Assembly (NCBI RefSeq): GCF_002113885.1
Contig: NW_018407390.1
Coordinates: 1,960,190-2,024,189, forward strand
Direction: 5' to 3'
Origin: Mizuhopecten yessoensis
Taxonomy: Eukaryota
DNA: 64,000 nucleotides
The notes beneath the pieces are model-generated. The model was not told where the DNA came from. It saw only the letters and a program-made list of their open reading frames with translations, and did not search any database. The position numbers were made by a program, and so were the translations under genes. Below, one piece after another: positions 37,460 through 50,960 of this stretch (the first letter of the stretch is position 1; the number at the start of each line of letters is the position of its first letter).

Positions 37460-39640
37460 TTGGAGGGATTGGCAGCAAGGATTGTTGAACTAGATGAATT
37501 AATCCTGGAAAAGGAGACGAAACGTGTAATGGATGCAGGGGGGCGATTTAATAATGCTACTAATGATACCGAAGCTTTCGTAGAAAGCATGAGGAACAAG
37601 AATACTGCGAGAAAAACGCAATCCGACATCAAAATATTCACGAAATATCTAATGTCCCAAAATAGTTTGAGATCTCAAGAGTCTATTGACTCGGTTCAGT
37701 TGGCGGATTACATGGCCAGGTTCTTCATGAACGTCAGAAAAAACGATAAATCTGAGTACGAACCATTAAGTCTGAGGTGTTTACGATCCAGCATTAACCG
37801 TTACCTACAGGAGAAACACTACGACGTCAATATTTTGACCGATATCAAATTCAAACATTCTCGTGATGTGCTTAGTGCCAAAATGAGGAAATTGAAGACT
37901 GAAGGCAAAGGAAACCGCCCAAATGCTGCTGATTCACTATATACNGTCATACTTTCTTGTGTAAACAACTATGACCTCACAATACCTGTTTTCAAAATAA
38001 ACAGTCTCCTGATGAACGGGGAATCAACCCGAGAAAGGCCTAGAGACGCTATCTCTGTCTTTTGTTCTATTTTTCATATATATATATATATATTTCTAAA
38101 CTACATTTTGAATACGATTTTTTTAGAAGAACATTTTTTTTTTTCAAAAAGTGATTTCCCCAGATTTGGGACTTGTGAAAACCATGGTTACCACATCAAA
38201 AACCACCAAAACATGCAAAAACTCATGATTTTTAACCCAGAATTTGACCCCCGCAAGTAGAATTGTTTTTCTTAAAACCTGTCTGAAATTAAATATCGCC
38301 TACTCGGTAACAAAAATACTCACGTTTTAGCATAGGTCATTCCGGTGAATTTTCACGATATTAACACATGTGCTGAGTACAAAAATAGACTACATGAAAA
38401 GCTAGCTTTTGTTGTGTAGACACAGATTTGTAAATGCCCAAAATTGCAGTCTCAAACCAAATTGGGTTTTTTTTTTTGAAAAATTATGAAGCCCACATAG
38501 TCCACTTCATCATGTATATACCAATTTTAGTGCTGATTTTCTTTTAGAATTTTGATACATGTTATATTTCAGGGGTGATTCATTGTATAAAAATATCACC
38601 CATGGCCACCGTACGCTACTGTACTCTGCTACCTATAAGCTTGGTAGCTATTGGTTCTAGTTAGTACTACTGTAATCATTGAGCGAGGAATGCCCAATGG
38701 ATATTGAAAATTGTATTGTGTTTTACTGTTTTATACAATATATTGACTTTAAATAAAATCTTTTGAGAGGGTTTGTTGAACAAAATAACACTTACAGGGA
38801 ATCCGACGTCACTTAACAACACCATATGGTGAAACAACACAACCCATTTCGGTCTTAGAAGTCGCCAGGAACAAATCGATATGAAATGGGGGGATGTCTT
38901 CCTAAAAACGTCGTCAGATGACCAAGAATACCTCGAGTACAGTGAACGGTCGACGAAAACCAGGACAGGATATGGAGTAGGGCGTCCATTCAACCGAAAG
39001 ATATTTTCTGTAACTGGTTAGTTGCAAGCAATATTATTTCTTTTTTTCATATGAAGCAGGAGATGTTCACCTTTCTGGAACACCTGACCTCAACTTTGTT
39101 TTCTTGTGAAGGTTCATAATGTGCTCTAAGTTGATATCTTGTAATTTTGTTTCATTATTTTGTCATCTTGTCTGTACTCGATTTGTTTAACGTCTTATAA
39201 ATGGTTATTGATTGTGTGGTATTATTGTTTATGTCGTTGATATTTTTATAATTACAGATGATCCTTGATGTCGAGTAGAAGCGTACAAGGCAAACAGAAG
39301 TCAGAGACCAGAAGCAATGAAAGCACCTGAGTCACCTTTCTACCTGGCGGTCAACACAAACTGGTCTAAAAATGAAAATGCGCTTTGGTTTGTGAAACAG
39401 AACATTGGTAAAAACAAACTAGGTTCCATCATGAATGTGATGTGTGAACAATGCGGAATTATAGGTAGGAAGGTCAATCATTCTGCTCGAAAAACAACGA
39501 TTACCACACTTGTTCATAATGGTGTCCCTCCAACTGAGGTCATGCAAATAACTGGTCACAGGAACTTTAACTCTATAAATCATTATAGTTCAGCCTCTTT
39601 AGAGCAATAGAAAAGAATGTCAAACATCATGTCAGGGAAA
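37460..39640 (+). mobile_element. Decayed Crypton (DUF3504-type) tyrosine recombinase
   Basis: RNKNT..KT, FFMNVRK..EYEP..INRYL, KLKTEGKGNRPNAA (37460-37940); HFGLRSRQE..ERSTKT (38750-39016); NHSARKT..ITGHRN..INHY (39258-39610), giving the R..HxxR..H..Y catalytic set. Stops present, plus a ~0.75-kb insertion at ~37942-38675. Confidence 0.88.
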
Positions 39641-39719
39641 TCGATCGGGCCTAACGGTGATAATCGTCCATATGACTTCGTCTCAGGTGACCTATTCTAA
39701 TCGCCGATTTTAATAACAT

Positions 39720-40490
39720 TTTGCAGGAACCTTCCTGAGTCAAATATGCACCAAAATTGTGAATTATATTGTTCCTACCCACAGGGGCTCTGAGGGGCAG
39801 GGCTAAAAGGGGTCAAATTGGCTTAAATTTTTAAAATCTTTTTCCAGATCCAGATAGGCTGGAAACCAATACTCATCGTAAGGTCTTGATGTACTTTCAT
39901 CATAATTGTGAATTTCGTTACCCTTGAGCTTCACGATTCCCCCTTTTGGGTATATTTTGTTCATTTCCTACTAAAAATCATGACATTTTTAACTCTGTCT
40001 CATCCCCAGGGTCTTAGCCCGAATGGGGTCATATAGCCAGACATTTCAACAGTCATCTTCTCCAGTCTGAGATAGGCTGGAAACCAATACTCGTCATAGA
40101 TGAAAGGGTCTTGAGGTGCTTTATCAAAATTGTTAATTTCATGACACCCAGACTCCATGTGTACCCCTGGGGAGGGGGCGAATTTTACTACACATTATAT
40201 AGGAAAATGATACTAGTGGGTATGTTTTGTTCATTTTCAATTGGAATTATTCAAATTTGACAATCATTATAACTATGAAACGACGGTTTGATACATTGCT
40301 AGTTTGGGCCCGGGCCCGCCTCCAATGGCTAAGGGGCGGGACTTAAAGGGGTAAATTGGCTTAAATTAAAAAATCTTATCCAGAACAAGATATGCTGGAA
40401 ACAAATAATCTACATAGATAGAAGGGTCTTAAAGCACTTTTCCAATAGGACATCATTGAAACTTGATAGACATTATACCTTCGAAATGAC
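39720..40490. repeat. Degraded HINE/satellite-like tandem repeat block
   Basis: Recurring AGATAGGCTGGAAACCAATACTC and GGGGCGGG..AAAGGGGT units. Confidence 0.55.
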
Positions 40491-40959
40491 AGTACTATCC
40501 CTGAACAAGCAATGTCTGACACATTCACAGAAGCAAACTTATTATTTCAAGAAGAATAAACTGGAAAAGAGCAAAGATAATGGCGTACACATCTATAGCG
40601 TTATATTTGTTTGTCGTTTATCATGTTAATTTTAACATTATTAACAAATTATGCGACTTTTTTTATCACAAAAATCTCAAAACAAATATCTTTCTCATCA
40701 ACTGGTGTTAAATTTAGATGATGTAGTCAACTCACAATTTTGTTGTTTTCTACCATTTAGTTGTACGTAATTTAGGTTCAGTATCAAAAGATGCAAAGCT
40801 TCCAAATGGCAAATCTCAATACACAAAAACTCTTCATTGTTGAATCAATATATAAGATATATGATAGGACCGCCAATTTCTCTTTAGCCAGTAGTCTTAC
40901 TCAAATAAACCCCTGAAAAAATCCAAAAGCTCGTTCTACTGTTACAGGAAGGAAAGAAG

Positions 40960-41033
40960 TGGTGCCCCAGCTGGGATCGAAACCACGACCCAACGTTCCG
41001 GAGGCCAACGCTCTACCACTGAGCTAAAGGGAT
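40960..41033 (-). pseudogene. tRNA-derived sequence ending in CCA
   Basis: Minus strand reads TAGCTCAGTGGTAGAGCG..GGTTTCGATCCC..GGGGCACCA; the anticodon stem does not pair. Confidence 0.55.
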
Positions 41034-43062
41034 ATGTCCTGTCAGCTGACTGACATAACCTATATTTGTACATATAGTACATATACTGCCCAGATCTTTC
41101 ACACTACTTTTGCATTCCATGTAATGTAGTTCAAGTTACCTATGTTACAAAATGATTTCTTCTTGATTTGGCAACATCGCTAACATCAGTTTTTACATAC
41201 TTTTGGTGACTGTTAAGGCCTATGGGCCATTTGTTTAAAAGCAATTCAACTGCAAAAGTTTGCACTAGGTACACACTTACGACACATTGGTACAGACTAC
41301 AATTACCACAAATGTAATAAGGCATATTTACTCTTTCCGATTCGGAGAAGTCTCTCCCAAAGGCCCTCCTACTTGTACTTTCTAAATCCATGAGGGCGTG
41401 AAGTGTAGCATCCTCATTTTCTCGTGCGTCTTTATCTCCATCCACAAGGTCTGGAAACTGGCGAAGTAACTTAGTTGCTGCAATCTGAAACGATTTGAAG
41501 ATACAGCTTGCGGAAAATTTATCTGACGGCAAAAATATAGAACTCCATTGGGAATCACAGATCACACTGACCAAGTGCTGCAATGATTAGCAATTTACTT
41601 TATATGAAGGAGATTTTCACTGGTACAGTTATGAGGGAACCTTTTTTTAACATGAATTACTGTTTGAATATATATTCGCGGGTATTTTTGTGTTTCAAAA
41701 GAAACATTTTTTACATGAATAGTAATTTACCAGTCAGAATTAAGAAAAAACACGCTGTAATCCTTGGTTCGATTTTAATTTTCTAGAAACATGATGTTTT
41801 AATGTGATGTATAATTTGTTAATGTTGTAATGGTTTTGCTTTACCTTCAATAATATAGTTTCCTTACCAAATGCTTTGACATCCCGGCGAGTTCATCAAC
41901 ATGTTTTTCAGGAAATATTTTGCCGTTTGTAGCCTTTGTCAGTGTTTGCAACATTTCCTGAAATTGTCCGAATAAAATCATACTATACCAAGATTTGTTT
42001 GGTTTAATGACAAAAAAGCAATAGCATTAAGACCTGTTGCAAAATGACACGGTGGCAGTATATTTTTAACGTGTTTTAGTATATTGAGTTTTCGAAAAAA
42101 CATTTTTCTATTGATTGTTTTATATTACTGTAGATTGTAGAACTGTAATATAATCATTTAGAAATTTCGTACTAAAGGCATACATTTACACAGCGTAAAG
42201 AAACAGATTTTTTTCTGATATAATCTGCAATTTCTGTATGATTAAAATATTTTAAATGCGTTTAATATTAATGAAAAGTATATGCTGTCAAAGAAGACAT
42301 TCATCAACAACTGGTTAACATTGCAGGTCTAGTTTGCTCACGGAGCTAAGTTTTATCACGGATTGGTCTCGCACAACGAAATAACATTCGATTTTTTTTA
42401 TATAAGCAGTTGTCAAGCACACATGATCTGACTTTTTATCACAAATCTCATCGTCATAATTCTTCCTCAACGTAACAAGGATATTTGGTGATATTAAGGG
42501 ACAATTTTGTTATTTGGATTACACTACTGACTAAATCGCCAACTGTCGGCCAAATGAGAAAAATAAATAATGGAGCAGGGATTGTGCACAATCGAATTAT
42601 TGAATTGGTGGTATATTACTAATATTTGCACTTTTCTGAGATAAATGATATATTTGATGTCATCTATTTTAATATCCTTCAACTGTACTTATGTAAAATG
42701 TTGGTTCAAAACCATCAAAGGATTCTATTCATTATAGCGCCACCCTGTGCGCAACTGGAACAAATTATAATCTCTTTGGCGGGAAATGCGTTTTTTTATG
42801 CGCAGGAAGACCCATACTTGTTACAAAGTAAGTACATTCTAAAATGTTGGCGCTTTCATAGATATTTTTTTTTTTATCTTGTTTGAAAGCTTTTTAGCTT
42901 GCACTGTCGGCTCTAATGATTCAATAGTTCAATTCTGCCTGATTTTATTTTTACGGGTCTGTCGGTACTTCATTATTTTTTGGTTTTTAGGGAAGCCTTC
43001 ACATCTATGACGCAACTGTCTTGTAATGTAGTAAATACACCAATGTCATTGGTTTTGTTGTT

Positions 43063-43310
43063 TCACCCGTTGTCAGTATAATGTGACCGGGCGGAATGCT
43101 GTGCTGGGTACCTTCGGCATGGAATTTCAGTGAGATAGCACTATAAAGCCGGCATCAGATTCGCGCTATCACAAGGAGGCAATCACACCAACATACCCTG
43201 ACTCCTGCATACACACACGCGCAAGCAAGCACACATACACTACACATATGGAGGCACGTCCTAAAATGACATTAGCTGTTAATAGGACGTTAAACAAAAT
43301 AAAACCAAAA
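43063..43310 (+). mobile_element. 5'-truncated composite SINE (central domain plus tail)
   Basis: CCCGTTGTCAGTATAATGTGACCGGG..GCACTATAAAG..AGCTGTTAATAGGACGTTAAAC. Confidence 0.85.
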
Positions 43311-44183
43311 TATAACGGATCCTTTACCAGTCTATTGGGTTTTCCAGCTGAACAAATTTTATTTAAAAGCTCACTTAACTGTTTCTGGACATACCGAATC
43401 TGCTGGTTCGCCTATGTGTACACAGTAACAAACAATTCCATTCAATTTCAACAAGTTTGCTGCAAATGGGACCTGTGAAAATACGGAAAAAAACATGTTA
43501 CCCTGAATGACTGTATTCATTCATTCCTTGTTCTCGTGAGGAATAATTGATACATAAATATGCACTTATTATCTTGAGTTGATAGAAATAGTTACCAGAA
43601 TGGCATTTCTCTGATCCAACTCATAGTTTTCGTCCTTTGCATCCTCAGCGGAAAACTTCCCATCGGTCAACACTATGACCCGAGCCATCAAGCGGACATC
43701 ATTGACCACAACGTTTGCATCTTAGACAAATATGCATATATATAATACATAAAATGTTGGAGTATTTTTCTTACATTTATAATACAAATTTTGCTTTCAT
43801 TAATGTCTTAAGCCATTATATACATGCAAGGTGTATATATTATAAATACAAACGTAATAGGAATTCATTTCAATACTGATGTCATAATTTTTATGATATC
43901 CCAAACACAGTAAGTATTTAGGTAAATAATTTGTTATGATGATACACACTTCTTGCCGAATTTGAGAATTTCTATTTTTTTTCAAATTTAAATTAGAATA
44001 GGAAGTTATTAAAAAATGTATACGTACAATTAGCAATGCAAGCCGCAATAGCCATCGATAGACCACGATAGAGCGTACTCGGACCTTCAGCAACAAGCGA
44101 ATCTAGGGGGAAATAAGACAATCTTATATTTTAAATTCATGTAACAATGTCACTGATTAACATGAAATACCCTGATTTTCTTA

Positions 44184-45065
44184 CAGTTGTGTGACCCCAC
44201 AACGCACCAACGATAGCGTGCGCACAATGTTCATGCATCGTGCGCATATCTTCTGCATATGGTGCTCACAGCTGTGCGACTAAACAATCATTCGCCCTGT
44301 TGTGCGCTTCTCTCCGCACAAATGTCCAATTTGGTAAAATTGATTGATCAATAATTATCGAATGTAAAAAATGCGGAGGGCTCGTATCGAAAAAAGTAAA
44401 CTGTACGCATTAATTTTTCATCACAATAATTAGGATTATGTTGTATTTTACTATGCATGTTTCACAGTATTACAGTGATCGTTAGAGTGTCAAAAATGGG
44501 ATTGGCTCCCAGGTAACAGAATAGGAAAATAACATTTTGATGAGTAACCAGAGTTTTACCTGGCCTGTGCCTGACAGAGAGCTGATATGTGATACCGTAT
44601 GGCCGTTATGAGAATAAAACATGACGTTAAGTATTTGTTAATTGCATCCGTTTTGGTCTATAGCTAACCTTCAACTGGATTTTTACACCTAGAAGAATTA
44701 CGTATGCTCCGGGTTAGGAAAGCTATGATCCAGGCACAAATCTCTGTGTCTATCTGTATATGGGACCGTGTCGATATGTGTTTTAATTTTACATGTGTCG
44801 ATTAGGGTTGTTTAAAAAACCCACCGAAAACACATTTTCTTAATTTAAGAAAATAAAGTGAATAAAATGTAGCTAGAACATCGAAACATTTAAACACTAA
44901 ATCGTATATATTTTTAAGCCATTCCTCAAATTTACACCAACTACGATTGTTATCGCACAACGTCGTCCACTTTCGCACACATGTCATCCAGATTTTTCTT
45001 TCGCACATTGTGCACACACCGTGCATACCCCGCACATCGTGTAGGGTTGTGCGATCTCACAACTG
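44184..45065. mobile_element. MITE-like element with imperfect TIRs and TA flanks
   Basis: TA|CAGTTGTG...CACAACTG|TA; subterminal GCACA/TGTGC-rich inverted repeats; a related partial copy at ~25350-25500. Confidence 0.6.
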
Positions 45066-47789
45066 TAACAATACATTTGGTTGAAATAATTTGTTTCTTT
45101 GCAGTATGCTAGTAAGATGTCCGTATCTATATAGTACGTAAAATCGACCCAAACTTATTAGACAGTATTCAGTTGATGTAAACATGTTTACCAATTACAT
45201 TCCTAGCTTGTGTGTAGTCATTCGTTAGGTGGAGGGCGACCTTAGGTTGACTTCCAAATGTCGTCACTGCTATATTTCCATGCATCACTTCGAAATTGGC
45301 AAGCTCTTCAATACCTGCATATTCAAAAATTGTAGAAGTTTTCATCGAAACAGCCTGGTTTTCGGTCCCCAGATTAGCATCCATAAATGAAATATTTGTC
45401 TTTTAAGAAGTTTCCGTCTTTGCTTGAGTATTTGACACCGTCAAATGAGACATATCAGACAGTTTGTGTCTTATATTCTTATGTTGATAATGTCATATTA
45501 CTTTTGTGTGTATTTGAGAATAAAATGACAAGATTGTTTTGGACAATTTATAAATAATTAGCGTCATATAATGTTAGCATTGTAATGACCAGTACATATG
45601 ACAACGACCAAGATTCGATCATCTGGTTACAGTGGAATAGGTATATTTACCATCGATGATTTGATTTGCAACACTAGTCATCTTGTGGAATTTTTCTCCG
45701 CACATGCTTGTAGACGTGTCAAGGCACAGAATGGTATCAGGCCCATTCCCCCGACAGGCTCACATTGTGATTGCTTAACTAAAACAAACCACAAAAATAC
45801 GACAAAGACAATTGATATTTTCTGCCTGACGAATGGTATTACGTGTGCCATTTTTTTCAGTTTTGATCAGGATAAAAAAAGCCTAACATATGTTTGATTT
45901 TAAACATTTTTATAATCGGTGAAGTTAGTTAGCATGATGATATCACTTTCAGTAAATGAGATGAGGTAGATTGCACAGCCATATACGCAAAAGTTATTTA
46001 CCACTGAAGTAGTTGAAGCGAAGCCTACAGCTAATAGAATAGTATGCATTAGTCAAATATATTTGTGCTGTTTCTAAATGATCACCACCACTGCACAGAG
46101 AAACTGATGCCGCCAAATTAAGCATTATTTGTCAATTTTTGTGATAGAAATGTGATCTTTCATTCGCAATCAAAACAGCAAATTCACACTAGCATGTATT
46201 ATATATTTAAATTTTGTATCGATATTTTCTCTATCAGTTGACACTAACCCATTTCAATCTCGTGATCAATTTCATCTGTTAATGTACTAAAATCGCAAAG
46301 TTCAAAGTCTGGGTAGCCAGATGTTGCAAAATATGATTATAAAGTATATTATTAACAAATATACGATTTTAATACGCATATACGATATTAAAACCTTATA
46401 TTATAAAATGTCATCATATTTGAATGATTATTTACGAAGACCATATGAACTATAAAAGTTATTCTGTACATGAATTAATGTTTTTGGACTACATGTATCG
46501 TATACCTGATTTTTACGTTTATGTCTTTAAACAAAATAAATGAAATACATACAAAAATCCACAAGTTGCAATCCACGTTTCATACATGCCACAAATTCGT
46601 CACAAAGCACTTGCGTCAACCTGTTAAAAAGATATTATAATAATATGAATATTGGGTGAGGTGTATTTTCTAGTAATTTAAACGGTTTATGAAATTTGAT
46701 CCTTTGGTGCTGAATATATTAAAGGACTGGTATAATTCTTACTGAGGCCTTTATTTTTTTTAATTTATTAACCAGGTAAATTGTATATACTCTCCAAAAT
46801 TTGAAATGAAGACACATGGACTTTTAACCTTAAAGTAAACATTTCCGTAATAAACTCGATTTGTGACGGACAAATTTAAAACACGGGTTAATAAAGATTA
46901 CGGACAAAAGTGCGGTCGGCAACATTATCTCATTGTGAAGTATGCTTTTTCATTCGTGAAAACAGAACACATTATCTTCTTCTCCTTTGAGTCGCCATGT
47001 AAATCTCTCCATTGTTTATATTTTGCATATACATCTATGTGCTTTGAGCGAAATATAGAAAACATACCATTTGTAAAAATCGGCCTCATCTGCACCTTCA
47101 GTATAATGTTGTTGAGCCATCCATTCCATTAAGTATGAATCGTCTTCTGCATTGGGCTCCGATGCCTGAAAATCGACAACATCCTGTGTTTGTACCGTTA
47201 GTTGTCTTTCTAAGTCTAAACCAGGTGGATTCAAAATTGTTGACCCCATTCTAGATGACAAAGAGGAACTAAATGATGCCGAATCCAAATCTTTACCATT
47301 GAAAGGTGTGTGCTGTACGTCATCGGTTTTTATGTCTTCCCTCACAATGACTTTGTCGTAATTTACCGGCAGGCGGGGCGGCAACGATGAAAGCTGAATA
47401 GGTGTCTTTGGTGAAGCATGCTTCGGTGAACTCAAGGTGAATAATGGGGGTTGTGCAGACATTTTTGCTTGTGGTTTAGTTGGCAACTTCACCGAAAAAG
47501 GCGCTACTGCGCTCAACGACTTGTTATGGGTGGACTGCGGTTCATCTCTGATCGAAAAGTTTTTAGCCGTTCCATCTGGTTCCCGTGTTTCCAGCATACT
47601 AGAATAACACTGTAAGTTTGTCTTCATTATCTCTTGTACTCTTATAACTTTTCGGCCTATGGTTATGAAAACAGTCAAAGTTTCTGAAAACAAATATAGA
47701 GGCATTGTATTTTTATCATTAGGAACTATCTGTGCCTAAGTAAAATATTTACATTTCATATCTCTCTACTTCTAACTTCATTTTATTTC

Positions 47790-47970
47790 CTAGCGTCGTG
47801 CTTGGCAATACCTCACTTTTGGCTTTAGAACTTTGAACGTTCGCCCAGGTGAGGAAGGCAGAGGGTCCTGTCCCCAGGTCGGGACATACCAAAGTTCTTA
47901 AAAATGGTAGTTGTTATTTACTGCTTACCGTTCAGCTTTAAGGGAAATGGCAACAGTTGGTTCACTCGGT
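47790..47970 (+). mobile_element. Composite SINE fragment (head and start of central domain)
   Basis: CCTCACTTTTGGC..GTGAGGAAGGC..CATACCAAAGTTCTTAAAAATGGTAG. Confidence 0.75.
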
Positions 47971-48394
47971 CTCATTAAAAATGGTTTGTGACACCTTTCC
48001 GTTTTCAAACATACTCCATGATGCATCTTGGAAAATATGTTCAAATGGACCTATGTTTTTTAACATTAAAGAAAGAAAAAATACATTCATTTTATTCCTG
48101 ACTTTACTGAAATCAAATATTTTGTTAGTAGTATGGTCAGACCACAACTGCCTTTCTTGCTAAACTCGATTTATCATATTGATTAGGTGAGTCAGCAATG
48201 AGAAAAGAGGCATAGTAAATATATCAATCACCCAAGTAACAAGTTTAACCGTTATGTCTAGGTGTGTTTATTTGATAAACCTGAATAATAAAAGATAAGC
48301 ATACATGCAAATCAATGTAATCGTCCTCAATACAGGTAATTTTAGCCTAGTATTTGCTATACAAATTGGAAAAATTAATTGGCAACTAATTATG

Positions 48395-49060
48395 TCTCCT
48401 CGAATGAAGGGAAACATATCGCATTAGTACAAGTTGTTCTAGTTCTTGTTCTGGTTCTTATATGATCTTGAACGGGCTGTTATTTTTAAACCGTTAAAGA
48501 TATTTCGATGAAACTTGACGTCTACAAGCATTACCCATAGACAATGTGCAGTGCACTGTTATTAGGTCATCGTGACCTTCATACCAAGGTCAAATATGTG
48601 CTATTTTTCAGGAACATCTTGACGGAGCTGTAATTTTTAAACAGTTAAATTCATCTTGATGGTACTTGAAGTTTACCTGCATCACCCATAGACGATGTAT
48701 GTGCATTGCACTGTAAATCGGTCAAGGTCAAAGGTCACAAAAATATTATTGTTTTAAACACTTATGTGATTGTGACCTTGACCCAAAGGTCAAATATGTG
48801 CAAATTTTTCATAAACATTTTGCCCGGGCTGTAACTTTTAAATCATTAACGATATCTTGATGAAAGTTGCAGTATAACTGTATCGCATACAGATGATGTG
48901 CAATTCAGTGTATTGTAAACTTTATCCAAGCATTAATTTCGACAATCGGGTCACTGTGACCTTAACTTCGTCGGGAACTGTTTCAGGAATATCTTGTCTG
49001 GGCCGTAACGTTTTACCCGTTAAAGGAGAGACACGTTTATGTTCACAAAAACAAATGTCT
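48395..49060. repeat. Degraded HINE-like element with tandem repeats
   Basis: Repeated GGCTGTAA..TTAAAGATAT..ATGAAACTTG and CAAGGTCAAATATGTG units. Confidence 0.5.
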
Positions 49061-50559
49061 AGTTTTTATTATTTAAAACAACCACTCATAACCTCAAAAA
49101 AGAGGAATAAAAGCTGTCTTTACCGGATACAAATACATTTTATTCATATATATGCATTAATTGACTTTAAAAAAAATGTTCGTAGAAAATTAATCAAATA
49201 TGTACGGGTTGGTCAAATCCGTGGTACGATTTAAACAAATCAACTATCGACCAGAAATCTCCAGCATTATTCGAGTGGCATTACAGTTATAATAAAACAC
49301 CAGTGCTATAATTTCATAGCATTCACCATGACGTGCTCTATTTCTATGGACGACAAGACATGCGTTAACGTTAGGGTATACATACCGTTCATAAGAAGTA
49401 TGACTTGCTCACTTGTGTCAATCGGTGGTCTATTGCAAAAAAAATCAACATACAATAAGTATTTGGTTGTATATATACCTAAGGCTTATGTCGAAAATCC
49501 GGATGTTACACATGAATTATCCAGTACGCTTTCATAATACATTATAATAAAGTCAAGTATAAATCACAATCACTTTAACTAATACAAATGTATATTTAAA
49601 TAGTGAAAACGATGGTTATGAGGGGTTCACGGCTTCGAATAACAAGGATTATGTGACGGAGGATTTCCTTACAGATGCCGTGAATCATGCAACCTTCCCT
49701 ACCAGCTTCAGCAGGGACCTCATCTTAGTTGCTTACGATGATTTCAAGGCGTGTAGTACGCAGATTTCCCCCTGTCCTTCGGTACAGGTGAACGTACAAA
49801 CTTCAAGATCTGATCACAATTATCTTTCTTAATGATCCCCAGGGGGATCTATATAATCTAAGCGAAAGAACTTCATTATATAAGCAATCTTATTTGCCGT
49901 TATGAGTTTATATTTGTACCATCCTTGATTTAAAATTTATTCTGAACCACATGGAGAAGCACTTGGACCAATAATACACAGCGGATGATCATATGTTGGC
50001 TCCACATTTAATAAGATGAAAATGATCAGTTCATAATTTTATCACACCATTCCGTGTAAGTTTTTTTCAAGAATTGTGAAATGACGTCTGGCGTATTCAG
50101 AGAAGTATGAATCGTGTTCATGTTGAGAGAAACTGATACTATTACAAGCTAAAGTTTTGGAAGGGAATCGACAAATATCATACTTCGTAATTTTGTGCAA
50201 GGTGTTTTTGATACAACGATAACATACCTGTGTAATTTAGTCACGATATTCATACTCATGTGTCCTATCTCTTTCGTTAAGTCAGCAACCTCTTTAAGAG
50301 CATACTGCATGCTTTGTGAAAGCTAAAACCAATACAAACGTTTGATTACGATTTTAAATGCGACTCGTAGTTAATTGGATAAACTTCTACTATATTATAT
50401 ACTGGCCCAAAAGCAGAAGCGGAACATTATTTAAAGTACGGCATGTTCAGAACATCTGACCGTATCGTGTACCTCGATGGACCTGACGTCATATCTGAAG
50501 CCGCTCAGCATGAGCACGACAACATTAGCAATGGTCTCTACAGTGGCAACATTTTCTAT

Positions 50560-50960
50560 TCACTCTATCGCTCAGATGGCAGAACGTAAATGTATCGTAG
50601 GTGAACATTATCAGGACGCCTGCACGTTACGTTATGATCGTTCTGGCGGTGGATGCGTCATATGCTGTGGGCTGGGGTATCGTGCAATGGACGCACAGAC
50701 CATGTGATCGTCGACGGTATCCGGAATACTTAATATTAGATGGAACACATTTTGGTGTACTACATCTATGGTGACAAATGGCGGCACGTTTCAGCAAGAA
50801 AACGCACGCCTCAAAATGGACTTTCTTTGTCACCAGATCATCATGGTGCTTGATAGGCCATTGTTTTCCCAATATTCTAATCCATTTGCGGACCTATTGA
50901 GTGAGTTAGAAAGAAAAGTGAAAAATCGACGCCAGAGTGGCGGAGGATACCGAAGAGGTA
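50560..50960 (+). mobile_element. Tc1/mariner transposase remnant
   Basis: DRSGGGCVI (cf. GGGSVMVW), FQQENAR (cf. FQQDNA), VLDRPLFSQYSNPFADLLSELER (cf. WPxxSPDLNPIEHLW); stops and frameshifts. Confidence 0.7.

Larger units (their letters stand above)
27814..47683 (-). pseudogene. 16-exon gene or pseudogene: low-complexity N-terminus, VWA, 2x MIB/HERC2, WWE
   Basis: Exons (5'->3'): 47683-47068, 46620-46553, 46323-46249, 45778-45651 (LCLDTSTSM, MIDAS DxSxS), 45314-45192, 44102-44028, 43720-43596 (IVLTDG), 43472-43395, 41957-41868, 41484-41332, 36394-36196 (VGTRVRRGPDW..QDSDGPGTV), 33897-33754, 31485-31400 (GPGWTHGDDDGG), 29887-29814 (VRWPS..YRYG), 29644-29463, 29055-28821 (WSY..WTPF..KLE), then a last coding segment 27931-27814 (YRVVF). 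Splice phases are consistent except a non-AG acceptor at 46324 and a -1 frameshift near 45738. True start not located. Confidence 0.8.

Noticed and set aside
44560-44690. Possible exon of the VWA gene (good donor at 44559)
   Set aside because: It lies inside a MITE and lacks VWA similarity; exon 44102-44028 supplies the expected sequence in the correct phase.
50227-50310. Candidate first coding exon of the VWA gene (MQYALKEVADL..)
   Set aside because: Its donor phase does not match the open frame of the 47683 exon; left unassigned.
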